Assembly: GCA_964106915.2 (NCBI GenBank)
Contig: OZ066918.1
Strand: one strand, 5' to 3'
Source: Podarcis gaigeae
Lineage: Eukaryota
Length of the DNA stretch: 64,000 nucleotides
Below the pieces are notes generated by a model. It had not been told where the DNA came from. It saw only the letters and a program-made list of their open reading frames with translations, and did not search any database. The position numbers and the translations under genes are program-made. Positions 14,249 to 40,800 of this stretch are shown one piece after another. Each line of letters starts with the position of its first letter. Position 1 is the first letter of the stretch.

Positions 14249-14781
14249 TATTTAAAAGCAGAACAAAACACAAGACCAGGCATTTCACAAATAAATAAAA
14301 TATAGCAGGCTCCCACCCCCAGCTACTGCTACAGAAGCTAAAAGTCAATAATCTGATTACAGTTTTATTCTAGCTGTAGCAAGAGCTTGGAAAGATGCAT
14401 TCGAGCACACGTGCCAAGTTAATGTGACTTTTAAAACAATGCACGCAATTTATCGCATTTGGATTAGTGGCACAAATACATACATATATATATATATATT
14501 GGTCAAGAAACTCTGACTTCACAGCAGCTTCTCAGTTTGTGTACACACATCCCTCAGTCCCCACCCTAAATCCCACTTGTGCCATCACTAACGTTTTAAA
14601 AGTATTTGTGTTAGAAAAGGGAATCTGATCCCAGGAGGTTAAAAACAGGCTATATATCCTATAACATTTGGAAAACGCAGGTGCTAGAGGAACTTGGTTT
14701 TTTCCTTTTCACAGACAGAAAGCAATAACTGCAGAAGAAGGAAAGGGCTCAGACAGGTGTATATTAGGAAAAAGGACCTTT

Positions 14782-14787
14782 TTTATT
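14782..14787 (-). terminator. SNORC proximal poly(A) signal
   Basis: AATAAA 4 nt after the TGA. Confidence 0.6.
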
Positions 14788-14791
14788 GATT

Positions 14792-29075
<14,284 letters not shown>

Positions 29076-32000
29076 TGCCTCCTTCGGGAAGTGATATGCC
29101 TTTGGGAATGCTCAGACTCTCTGAAGCCTTTAATGAGGAAGCAACCTTTCCTGGAGCTAATGAAAACTTTGTCCAATTAGCTCTCAAGCCTTTTCACATG
29201 TGTATACGACACAGAGAGAATTGCAAATACTCTGCAGAGGCTCAGCTCATTCACACACACAGATTCAGACAGACCTACCTCTTCATGCCAGAAGGCAGCT
29301 CCACCCATGTTGTCTTCCACCCCCACCCCAAATTCTACCGTTGGTCCTTGGAAACCAACCCTCCCCACCAGAGCAAAGCCCACACCCTCTGGCAGTTAGC
29401 TGCAAAACCCAAAAGGCGCCAAGGACTGCACCGGGTTTCTAACAACTGGTGTACACATCTAACATCACCATATGTTAAGGACAGTGGTGAATAACAGCAT
29501 TCATTAAAAATTCTAAACCCGAAGTAGACACATATTTGGATAAGCTGTAGCATACATCCTGCAAGTATTCAGTCCAACATTTAACTGGGGAATAATGATG
29601 ACCACAAAACCTTCTGGGTTATCGGAAGTGTCCAACTGAACACTAACACACACTCAAGGCAAACTGAGGTGAAAACTACTGATATTTGCTGCATTTTATG
29701 AAATCCCAATTGATTTAACTCTCCTCTGATGCAGGTTTCTGTAAAGGTTTCTTCTTCGTTCAAACAACTGAACAGTTTCTTCTGCCAGAGACATGGAAAG
29801 ATTTGAACAAAGACTTGAACATTTCAGAGATCACTCACTGTTGCTTTGAGATACTGATAGGCTAATGATTGCACACATTCACTTTGAAGTGAAGCACCAC
29901 TGATTAAGTATTTCTTATTGAATGAACACTTAAAATATAGAGACCGGGGGGCGGGGGGACATTTCCAGAGACAAACCACTTCAGGTTGAATAGCTACAGT
30001 GCCCAGTTTACATGTGATCTCAAAGCATCCAATAGTAGTTGGGCACTTTGAAATCCTTAGCAGCAACGAACAAGTTTGTCCTAAAGTTTACATTCAAACT
30101 GCAACATAAACATCTTTGCTCAGAGCATTTTACTGGAAAAACAAGCCAACGATTCAAATGGTTTTCTTTCCCGGGGCAACTGTAGTCCCTTTTCATTTTT
30201 GAAAAAAGGGGATGGGGAAAGAGAGAGAAATCAAGAACCAATCTGCAACCACATTATAACTTTATCTGCTATAGTTGTGAAAACAATTGGTTCTAAACTG
30301 TTGTTTAGAGGTATCTTTGTAGATGGGAAACTACATCTGGCAGCTTTTAGAAAAGTCAGTATTTACTTCATTATTTATATTTACTACAAACTCATTGATA
30401 TATAGAGTTCCAGCTTGTTCTTTAAAAGGCTGCCAGCCCCTTTTGAAGCAACAGTGCTATTATATTAAACCCAAATTGTGTAGTTTGTTTCATGATCAAG
30501 TATTGGATTATAATAAAAGTTGCGCACTGCAGTACAATGAAGAAGTAGTGTGACTGGGAGAATTTTTGGAAGGTGACAGATGTCTACTGTTCTTTCCATC
30601 AATCAAAACTTATTTTCTGACAGGATAATTATGTGCACTGAGCCTGTCAATCAGAATACTTTGCACTGTGTCACATATGAACTTTTGGGATGGCTTTTCT
30701 GAGCTATGCTACAAAATAGAATTTTGCAGAGACTGTGAAAACGTTTTCCATTACATCTGCATGCCAAATTAACAGGAATGTGGTTTTCCTAAATCCTGAG
30801 ATTAAATAGTATCTAGTGCACCTCATTTTACTCTTATGTATTTCACAGGAATACCATTATACCTTTCCAGTGCACACAACAGTATGAAAGTACAGTGGGA
30901 ACAAATAGAGCTATTAATGTAAACACAGATGGTCATTCACCAAATTATAACTTTCCATTTTGTGTATGGAGCCACTTTGGCAAGCCCGTGTTGTATTTGG
31001 TAGTCTGTATTTCCTTGTCAAATGGTCACATCTGCACTTACCATGGTATTTTAAACAAACAATTTGAAGTGATTTTTTTATCTTACCCTTTGGACATAAC
31101 CACGTGGTAAGCCAGCCAACAATGCCCTGCAAAGTAGTGATGATAATCTTGCATTTCTGAACCTAATCTGAAATTCAAGGCAGCAGGGGAGTGGTAAGAT
31201 TTTCCTTACCACTTGGCAGCACAGTAAGAATGCCTTGATTTATGAAGCTGTTCCCATGCACAACACTGTTGCATTAAGTTACCATTAAGCAAATCTTTAA
31301 CACAGGCAGTACACTATAGATGGGCGTGCACAGACAACCATTTGCCTAGATTGTGCATATGACCAACAGTAAGCTGCACTGTCCTCTCAAATAGTAAGGA
31401 GAAACTTGTCATTCCCATTTCCACGGATTTCAGGGGCAGAAATACAGTACAATTCCAACCAACGCCATCATTGGACAAGACAATACAAAGTGTTCCAAGT
31501 GGCTACATGTACACTGGGGTTTTATATAATCTATACCCCAATTTTCTACATTAATGTGTACTCAAAGCAGCTTTTACAAGTTTTGCTTGAGAAAATGTTA
31601 AGTGACAAAACAATGCACTTAAAAAAGCCTCGTTATGCTTAAATTATTGAAAGGCAAATGGTAATCTGAAACCATTATACCTTGCCTCCCAAGTGATTTT
31701 ATTCCCATTGTGGTAAATTACCACTGATTGACTCCAGACCAACGTACACCATCAGCAAACAAAATCACCACATACCCATCCTTTCTAAAATGTCAATGAA
31801 TGTGACACAGACCATTCTTTTCTTCTTTTTACAGCAAAGTGATACTTCTGAAAAAGCTATTAATATATTGTGATACCATTCCATCATGTCAGAGGCTGTG
31901 CATGTGTGTGAGCAATAGCAATCCTACAAAATTGAGAGTTCAATTCCTCAATGTTGGAGACCTAGGAGGGAATCGCCTGCAATACAACTATGTGTAAAGC

Positions 32001-33195
32001 TCAGCTCAGCATGTTAAGGCACTTACATAAGCAGCTGACCATATTTGGTTGGTTTTAACCATGTCACTGTAGATACCCTGAAAGGAAGGGTTGCTCTGGG
32101 TGTTTAAAATCTGCTCAAATCCCATGAGAAGCTGCTCACACAAGCAACTTACAACATGTCCATGCATTTACATTACAGGATGCTTTATGTACGAAAAAGG
32201 TCTTGAAATAAGGCACATTTGTGTTCTTACCTACAATCTCCCACCCTGCTGCGAAGTTTTACTAGAATAAATTTGATTTAGCATGAATTTTAAATTCTTC
32301 TACAGCCCAAAATTATTCCTATCCAAGTAAACAAAATGTGGCTATTAGAGCAGGGCCTTGTTCTTAGGTATGGTACAAAATAAGCTACACTTCAATGGTT
32401 TTCTAAGAAATAGATGACCAAGACAGATGTTCAGTTGTAAACTTATAAATACTGGAGGGGAAGAGAAGAAAAATATACAGGTGAGATATCTAAAATGTTT
32501 TATAGGAAGCCTGACACTTAGGGGTTGATCAATTTCATTTGGTTTGGGTCACTGATCATTTCCTTCACCCCATCATCATATTTCAGTGTAATTATTTTGA
32601 AAACACAAAAGAAGCAATGAAAACTATTCTTGGAAAAATGGGAAACAAGCTGCCTATGTCTATATTTAAGAACCACACAAAATCCCCTCTGTCCCTAAAG
32701 GCCAGTGTATTCTCGGCTTGGGTTACAGAACTATTGCTTTGGTTTGCAAAAAAAAATAAAAAATGTTGGGGTTGGTATAGCACTTGCTGTTTTGTTCACA
32801 GTGGGCTTATTAATGTTTTTTTTTTTTTTACATGTTTACAGCTTAAAAAAGAACTAGCCAGGCTTAGTCCTCTTGCATAAACAACACAAGAACATGAATG
32901 GGTATGTGTCCGCAGATGAAAGAAGGGAAGAGTGAAGATTTGTCGAACATTTCCAATCTCAACTTAACTGATGTTTATTTTCACCTCTAAAATTATCAAG
33001 TAGCAAAACCACCAACATTCCTCCAAGGGTATGAAATAAAGCAGCTGCTGTCCCTCCATGTCCTGTGTACTTGATTGTTACTTGATGGAATAGGCACTGG
33101 TAGAGTTCCAGGTCAAGTTTAGCACCGGAAAGGATTGCCAAAGCTGGCTTTGACAAAAGCAAACAATGTGTGCTCAGGTATTAATACAACCAGGT

Positions 33196-33224
33196 TTTAT
33201 TTAAGTTCTCTCTTCTTTTTTATT
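33196..33224 (-). terminator. Tandem AATAAA, candidate GIGYF2 proximal poly(A) site
   Basis: Two minus-strand AATAAA hexamers (33219-33224, 33196-33201) about 1.6 kb after the stop codon, followed by GT-rich sequence. Confidence 0.5.
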
Positions 33225-34813
33225 ACCCCCATACTAGCAAGAGTTCCGAGGGAATTTAAAGTTCTGTAAACATTAACTACCCCCTTCCCCCCTTTGTAAG
33301 TTTACAAAGCAAAGGAGATCAGGAGACCAGATCTGTGACAGCACCTAGCCTCACTGAGCTACCAGATCCAAAAACTATATACAAATCTGCAGCTGTCTCT
33401 GTAAGAGTTACTGTACACGTTGGGGGTGGGGGAGAGGGGTAAGAGAGAAGAAAATCAAAAGAAATAAAATCTAAATTAATCTGATCTGGAGCAACTTCAG
33501 TTGTCTTCTTCAGGCGATGATGGCAGACCAAGGTCTTCATACAGCAGCACAACTTCCGTGGGCACATTGCAGCCCTGTGCAAGTGGGAGCGTGGAGGGTG
33601 GGGGTTTAGAACTAAGTGCAATGGCCACTTCAGACTTTTTAACATTCTGGGGTAAGGAATGGAGAAGGTGGATTACATAAATATATAAGCACAATGGATT
33701 GGAAGTAATGGGAGAGTGTACTATATAGTAAAAACCAGCACACCTCGCTTTATCCCCCTCCATGTGATATTTATAAAGAGACTCTGCCAATGCTCAGATT
33801 CCTTGCCTCATTTATTTCACTTTCAAGACGACAGCTCCCTGTTCCTTGGCGTTAATGCTGCTGCAGAACTTACAAAACTCTGAACCACCATCCCGTGTGA
33901 CCAGATGAAATCTGGCTCGATTTCAGGTTCCAAAGGTAGTGTCAACTCCCACAAAAAAACCAACTGGTGAAGATACATATGGTAAAGATCCTATGCGTCT
34001 CTGAAACGAGACAAATTCACAGCAGAAGGGTCCAAAATAACTGGCCCAATCACTTTGGAGGAAGTATAATTAAAGGAGAAAATCAGCCTGAAGGAAAAGA
34101 TGTGTGCCTCCTCCCACAATTTGAGTCCCCAATTGTTCAGGAAGGCTGGAGTGTGCTGAAGCATGAACTCCAGCATCTTTGACATCACTACCCAATGAAG
34201 ACAGACTTGAACTCCTCCAAATTCAATGTGCTGAAGAAGGCCTGGCAGGGATGTGCATTGCCAAACCAATCCAAGCTGAATGCTGCCCACCACCACCATT
34301 CCCTGCTGTTGCCAGTTCTAGTTATGAATGCACTTCCTGGTTCGGAAGGCATCTTTTGCCCTGATGGAGCATGGAAGTCAGTATCTGCGTGGCATTTTGG
34401 TTCTGAATTACATCTGTTAACCATGAGCTCTCCACTATGATTGCACCAGTTAAATGTGACGAGAATGACAAGAGAAGGAAAGGAAGCTACCATATGTAGA
34501 CCTCCAAATGGCTTTACAAATAGCTTGGGAGAAGAAATCACAGCACCGTGATTTGCACTCGGCCTCATATATGAATCTTCTTTCCCACCTATCCAGAAGA
34601 GAGAACCAGAGGCTGATAAAAATGAAGGTGGTTGTGCAATCCTGGGCAGAAAAGGGCTTGGTTGAGGCTAGAAATAGCAGCCTGAGATGATTTGATTCTG
34701 TGATCCATTTGCAAGGCAAAGATGACTGCTGCAGCAGATAGAAAAGACTCTGTCCAGCAGTGGAGAATGCATGGTTAACAGGACACAGGAAAAGCCAGGC
34801 GAGTTGCATATAC

Positions 34814-34881
34814 TCAGTAGTCATCCAAAGTCTCTATTTCTCCCATGTTGAGCCGCTCTGAAGAGGCATTGACAGAGAAAC
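34814..34881 (-). CDS. GIGYF2: GIGYF2 last coding exon
   Basis: gcag|GT TTC..GFSVNASSERLNMGEIETLDDY*. Confidence 0.94.
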
Positions 34882-37800
34882 CTGCAAAACAAGACAGACA
34901 GATTTCTTAGTGCACAGATGTGTACAGCTTATTCCCAGATCTTACATGTCTTCATAAAGTAATCCATATATATTAAAGACAATATTGAAGGCAGCACCTG
35001 CCATCAATCCAGCTATTTTTTCTAGTGCTTTCAGCTCCTGCTTTAAGGATATTTACACAATAAAAGCATGAGTGAGTAATCTTCCCAATAAACCCCCAAG
35101 TTATACACAAATATTGAAGAAATTTTCATCTTTTATAAATCTGCTAATCATTTCCTAGCAATTTGAGAAACAAGAGCAAAACGAGCAAAGGGGAGGGCTA
35201 GTAATCAAGACTAAAATAGACTGACAGGCATGCGCAAAACCTTCAACGCTTATTAGCCTGTCTTCCCCCCACATATCTGAGTGTGAATGGAACTAACTAA
35301 TGATGGGGCAAGCAGAGGTAAGAGCTGGAGTGGTGATGTCCAGGCAACACCTAAATCTGGCTACAGCTAAGAGGGGAAGAAAGCACCCAGCAGCCATCCC
35401 TGATTCTGGAATCTTAGCTTTTATTTTCCCCTTCTGACTCTTGCCCCATTTATTTAATGTACCACAAAACTTGCCTAACAAGCTGGGATCTGCTCGAACC
35501 ATTTTTTGTTTCTTCTTCTTTTTACCACTCTGCACTGCCTCAAAGTTGGATTGCTGGTTGTTGCTCTGATTAGTCTGAAAGACCGAATGCAGTGAACTGT
35601 GGTTCATCCCCCACACAGAATCCTGGAACACAAATAAATAACGTATTACAAGCTGGAATCATGCCTTGTGCACTCAGTAAGAGTAGAAAAATAACAATGA
35701 TCCACTGTCCCAATCATAGGCAGTAGACCAGTAACATTTCTGTTTAGCACACTTGCTGATATCTCTGTTAATTACCTGAACACACCCTCACTCTCATACC
35801 CCTATTCTTACAGAAGATTTTAAGGTCAGCTGCAAATACAACACAATAGCTGTCTAATAAGCAAGGGGTGAGAAATCTTCTCTCTATGAAGAGCCTTGTC
35901 ACAAGCCCCTTGGAGATGTCTTAGAGGGAGTGGTCTGATGGGGAATGGAAAGAGATTGGGAATTTGGTGCAGTATGACTCTGGGGGTGGACCCAGTGGAT
36001 TGAGAAGTGGTGATGAGGACCCAGGAGATCCAAGTGGGTTGGCAGAAGAACGCCCCACTTCAGTGCCACTGGACACCCCAATGTAGAGTCTTGGCTGGTT
36101 GACGAGGGCTCTGGCACCACTGAAGAGTCATCCCTTTCAGGGGCAGTGCAGAGCAACATATTTGATGGTGAATTGGCTCAATCATCTCTGTTTCCATAAA
36201 CCAAGAACATGGAGACAACTGTGCTGGCACAAACAGACTTCACACGTTCAGCCCACTTGGAGGATTGCTTGCTTGCATGCCCATTCCCAGCCTTGGTACA
36301 TTGATCACACAAATGAAGGTACCTGTCCTGCTCTTCAGAAGGAGAGTTCAGGGGCATCTCAGTTGTTGGGTCTTAGTTTAAGTCTAACCATGTGTCTAGA
36401 ACTCTGCTGTGCTTCCTGCCTTTGCAACTTATGTTTGGACACTGTATTGAAGTTTGGAATAAAGCCTTTAATTCCAACAACCGAGTGGAGTTTCAGCATT
36501 GCATCTCTCTCTCTCTGCCATGCCACCTCACTCCATCCCATCCCACGTTCCCTGTACTGCCCTACCTGCCCTATGCTACACTCGTTTACTAGGCAGTAAG
36601 TTTAATTGACCATAAGGGGACTTGCTTTCAAATAAATATGCTTAGGACTGCATTGTATATAAACATTAAGGCCACAATCCTAGGCAAGTAAGCTTGTCTA
36701 GGAGTGCACTGTCATAGGGATAGAGTTTTTGTTTTGATGGTTAGATAGTTGTTGTTTCTGAGGTGGTTGCCTAACATTTTGAAGTGGCCATCTGGAGCAT
36801 CTGTCTGCCCTGAGAGACTGAATTTAGGTTTCATTGGAGGGATCCAAAAAGAAGAGCTAATAGCTTCTTAGCAGCCTGTTTTGTCATTCAGCCAGTGCCA
36901 CTTGTTTTTCTCAGGAACACTTGAGGGCAGCTTACCTCAGCCAAACAACATGCCCCCACCCCCGCAAATTTTTGCCCAGCCTACCATGCCTAGGGAAAAT
37001 CCTGCCATTTCTGGAGTTTCCCCCAACTCAGTGATATCTCTCTCTCCCCCCCCCCCCCGGGCATCCCTTGCTTTGAATCATGCTTCCAGCCAGGTACTCA
37101 GAATAGCTCCCTTCATCAGAATTCCTGGGATTCTAAAATTCAGGTCAGAACATGGGAGGGACTGGAAGAAGAAATCTATTCAGTTAAGTTGCAGTGAGAG
37201 AGAAAAGAGCATGTGAGAAAGAGACAACAGTCACAGTGATAGTACACATGGCAATCTTTCAACAGGAGTGCCCACAGCATTTCTTGGAAGGGTATTTTGT
37301 ATTTTAGGATGCATCCAGTCTATGAGCCAGGAGTTCCCTGCCCCAGTTGTAAACCATTCCATAGTCAAGCTTGTCCTCGTTTCAAAACAGATTGCTAAAC
37401 TCTACATCAACCAGAGAGACAGATGTGTTTTCTCTAGTAATCACAGAAATTTGCTTGCAAATATTCTCCAAAGACAGAAGCACGAACCTGTTGCTGCCGC
37501 TGTTGGTTGGCTTTTTGTTTGGCACGGCGCTCAAGAAACTGCTTGGCAAATTCCTTGGCTTCAGGGGTATCTCCAAGGTAGGCTCTGATGTAATCATGGA
37601 CCTCGTATGGAGATTCTACTTCCTTCAAGAAGGACACAAATGTGGGAACTGCAGCCGGAAAGGAAGACAAATCACGAGATACTTACAAAGCCTATAGGTG
37701 CATAAGCAAAAAAAAATCCAGAGCTTTTCAATATCATACATTTCCTTACAAACTTTATGTAATACAGTATTATCTTTACCTGCAAGAAAACAGAGAGCCC

Positions 37801-40800
37801 TTTCTCCTTATTCACTGAGATATGGGATGAATTAATTTCCTCACTAAGACAACAGTCTCTGCTGGATTCCTAATGATCACTTCCTATTTAATCTAACTTT
37901 TTAGCAATGGTGTATGCCTTATGGTACAACTTAACAGGAAATAAAATATTAACTGTAGCATCAGCCCTGGTCTGTGTAAAATCAGGACTTTTAAATTCTC
38001 AAGAATACTGGGGATACCAAACCTTTTGCAATTTCCCCATCTTCCTTAATGCTTCTAAATACAATTTTGGACAATGTGCAGTAATGCATCACATGATAAT
38101 GTGCAGCTATGATGCAGTTTCTCAGTGTGTTAGAAACTTTCACACTCCTTTTTCACTGCTTACCATCCAAGTTGTTGGCTGTGTTGAGTGCATGAAGCAT
38201 TTGTTCACACCATTGAGTGAATCCATCCTGGGCTTTATTAACCCCCTGGAACAGCTTTAACAGCTTTTCTTCTTCTTCCACCTTCTTATTCTGCCTGCTT
38301 GTAACACCTATAGATTTACTAAGACAGGCAAAAAGGCAGTGTGTGAGGGAGAGACACAGGTTATCAGGAAAAAACATGCAAAGTATACAAGACTAGAAAA
38401 TTCAAGCAGCTTCACAAACATTTCTGCCTTCTGTCAAAATCACAAATATGAAAGTATACTGAGATGGGAGCTAACAGAAAACAGAAGGAATGGAACCATA
38501 AGAGATCCTGGCTGCACTGATACAGCACACAGCAGGGTTTGGTGGAAAGGTTCCATCCACAAGACTCCAGAGGTTTCGGATGACAATTCCCATCTATCCC
38601 AGTCAGCAAGGCCAATGGTCAGGGATGGTGTAGCCAAGACAACTGGAGGTCACAAGGTTGGCAAAGGCTACAGAAGAATGATTTAGAGACCCTGCAACAG
38701 GCCTGAGCCTCTACAATGAATTGAAGGGAAGCTCACTGCATCCTAGTTCCTACCTGATGCTAGCATTGCTCTTGTTTTTATTGGTTGCGTTACGAGGACC
38801 AACTTCTTTGACTGCATCGTCCCAGAATCCCATGTTTGAGTTTTTTGTATCGGCATTGCTCCAAATGCTGCTGACAAGGTCTGATGCCCACTGGCTGCTA
38901 GGATTCGTGTTTAGAGAGCCCCATACTGAATTGCCAATGCTGGTGTGTAGATTAGAATGTTGCTGGAACAACAGTAACGGAGATACTGTTTATTATCACC
39001 AACAGAGGAAAAGCGATACAACAAGAGTATTATCATCATCATTATTATTATTATTAGCTGTACTCACTGTAGTGCTGCTGCGGGACCTGCTTTGCTGTTG
39101 CTGGTGCTGCTGCTGTTGCTGCTTCTGCATCTGCCTTGCCTCCTCCTGCTGTATCTCCAAGAGGGATTTTGTAGTACCGGCAGGTTTGGCAACATTTCCC
39201 CAGCCAGACAGTTTTTGTTGCTGTTGCTGCTGTTGCTGCTGCTGCTGGAGGGCTTTCATTAGTTCACGCTGCTGACGCCTTTGCTGGAAAACAGTCAATG
39301 CAGGACATTCCAGTTCTTAAATGTATACTTGATTATCTTCTACTGTTTTCCACACATTTTCCTCAAAGCTGGATAAATCTGAGTAGGTATGTGTTTCACT
39401 GAGGGTGCTGAAATTTGCCTCAGACACACTGATCAAAGTCTCTGGTCTTGGAAAGTGCACTTGGACACAAATACTTTCATATTCTGCTTGTTTTCCAGTC
39501 AAGCAAACATTACTCATAGAACAAATTACTTTTCTACCCAGCCCCTCATTTTTAAATTCCTAACTAAAACTAGATGGGCAATGAATCTAATTTTAGGCTT
39601 TACATTTAAAGAGAATCAGTAGAATTAGCATTTATATTAACTACGTTTCTATGTCTTTAACATTGTATCATTAAACCAGGCAAATCTGCAAAAAAAAAGG
39701 GGGGAGGCTAGATTATGAAAATCTCTGCTCTTTCAGTCTTGGTAATCTAAGACTATGATAATATTTGGGCAATTATAACTTGGGTTTATTAAAATGAGAC
39801 ATGTGGAAGCTTTTTGCCTGCTTATGCTCTCCTTCTTCTCCCTTTGTAGCACACAGCAGTTATACTCAGAAAATATTCAATTAAGCACAATTTCTACTTC
39901 ATCACTGGGAAATCACAGTTACCAGGTTCAAAACCAACTAGGATTTTAACAATGCTTTGAAGTTGGCTTCAGAGCCTGCCTTGTTCTAAAACTGGTAACT
40001 GTAGTTTCGCAGCTCAGATGGTACAGGAAACTATGCTTAATTGGCAACTTCAAGGTTTAACTGCTGTGTTCCATGAAGGGAGGTGAGAATGAGCTGTGTA
40101 AAGCCTCCTAGGTACCTTGGGTTAAGCTTATTAAGTGTTTAGAAATTGTCACACTGACTCCTAGCAGTGACAAGCCACAACTGCACACAAATGAGCAAGC
40201 CATAGGCTGTCTAAAGGCAGAAAGTAGTGGGAGGTCACCAGATGAATATGTCTTTCACAATGGGTGAAAGAATATGTCTTTCATAACGGTGTAATGGCAA
40301 GGAACTTTGATTATTCTATTTCAGCAGCAACCTAAAGCCTCTTTTCCAAACTATGAATTTTACCTCTTCTCGAAGCTGCCGCTCTCTCTCTTCTTCAAGC
40401 TTCTGGATTTCTGCTAATGATAACGTCGTTTGGGACTGAGACGCCCTAGAATTTGATTGCTGACCCCATGTTGAAGAAGAAGGGAGCTGGGAGGAAAGAC
40501 ATACAAGAAACAGCACTTAAATTTTCTTAATGGAAAGAGTGAATACATCAGGATATATGCTGGATCAGCCACTCAAAAACATGCAAACAGTTGTTATTGT
40601 CTGCCACAAAAGCTGCTAATATACCACAATCTTTATTTTGTCTCCTTGTACTGTAGAACTGCAACCTTTTCCTGCCAGGTGTGTACCCAACCTCCAATTA
40701 ATCTTTATAGTACCAACAATAGTCATAATTTATACAGCAATATAATTGTAAGATTCAAGCACCTGACTGTGCTGTGAATGAAATGGGAATTATTCAAAGG

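Noticed and set aside
36099-36599. 166-aa + strand ORF
   Set aside because: Intronic and antisense to GIGYF2, non-ATG start, no motif or supporting splice structure
38721-39275. 184-aa + strand ORF with poly-Cys; similar ORF at 42312-42569
   Set aside because: Antisense shadows of CAG-rich GIGYF2 exons
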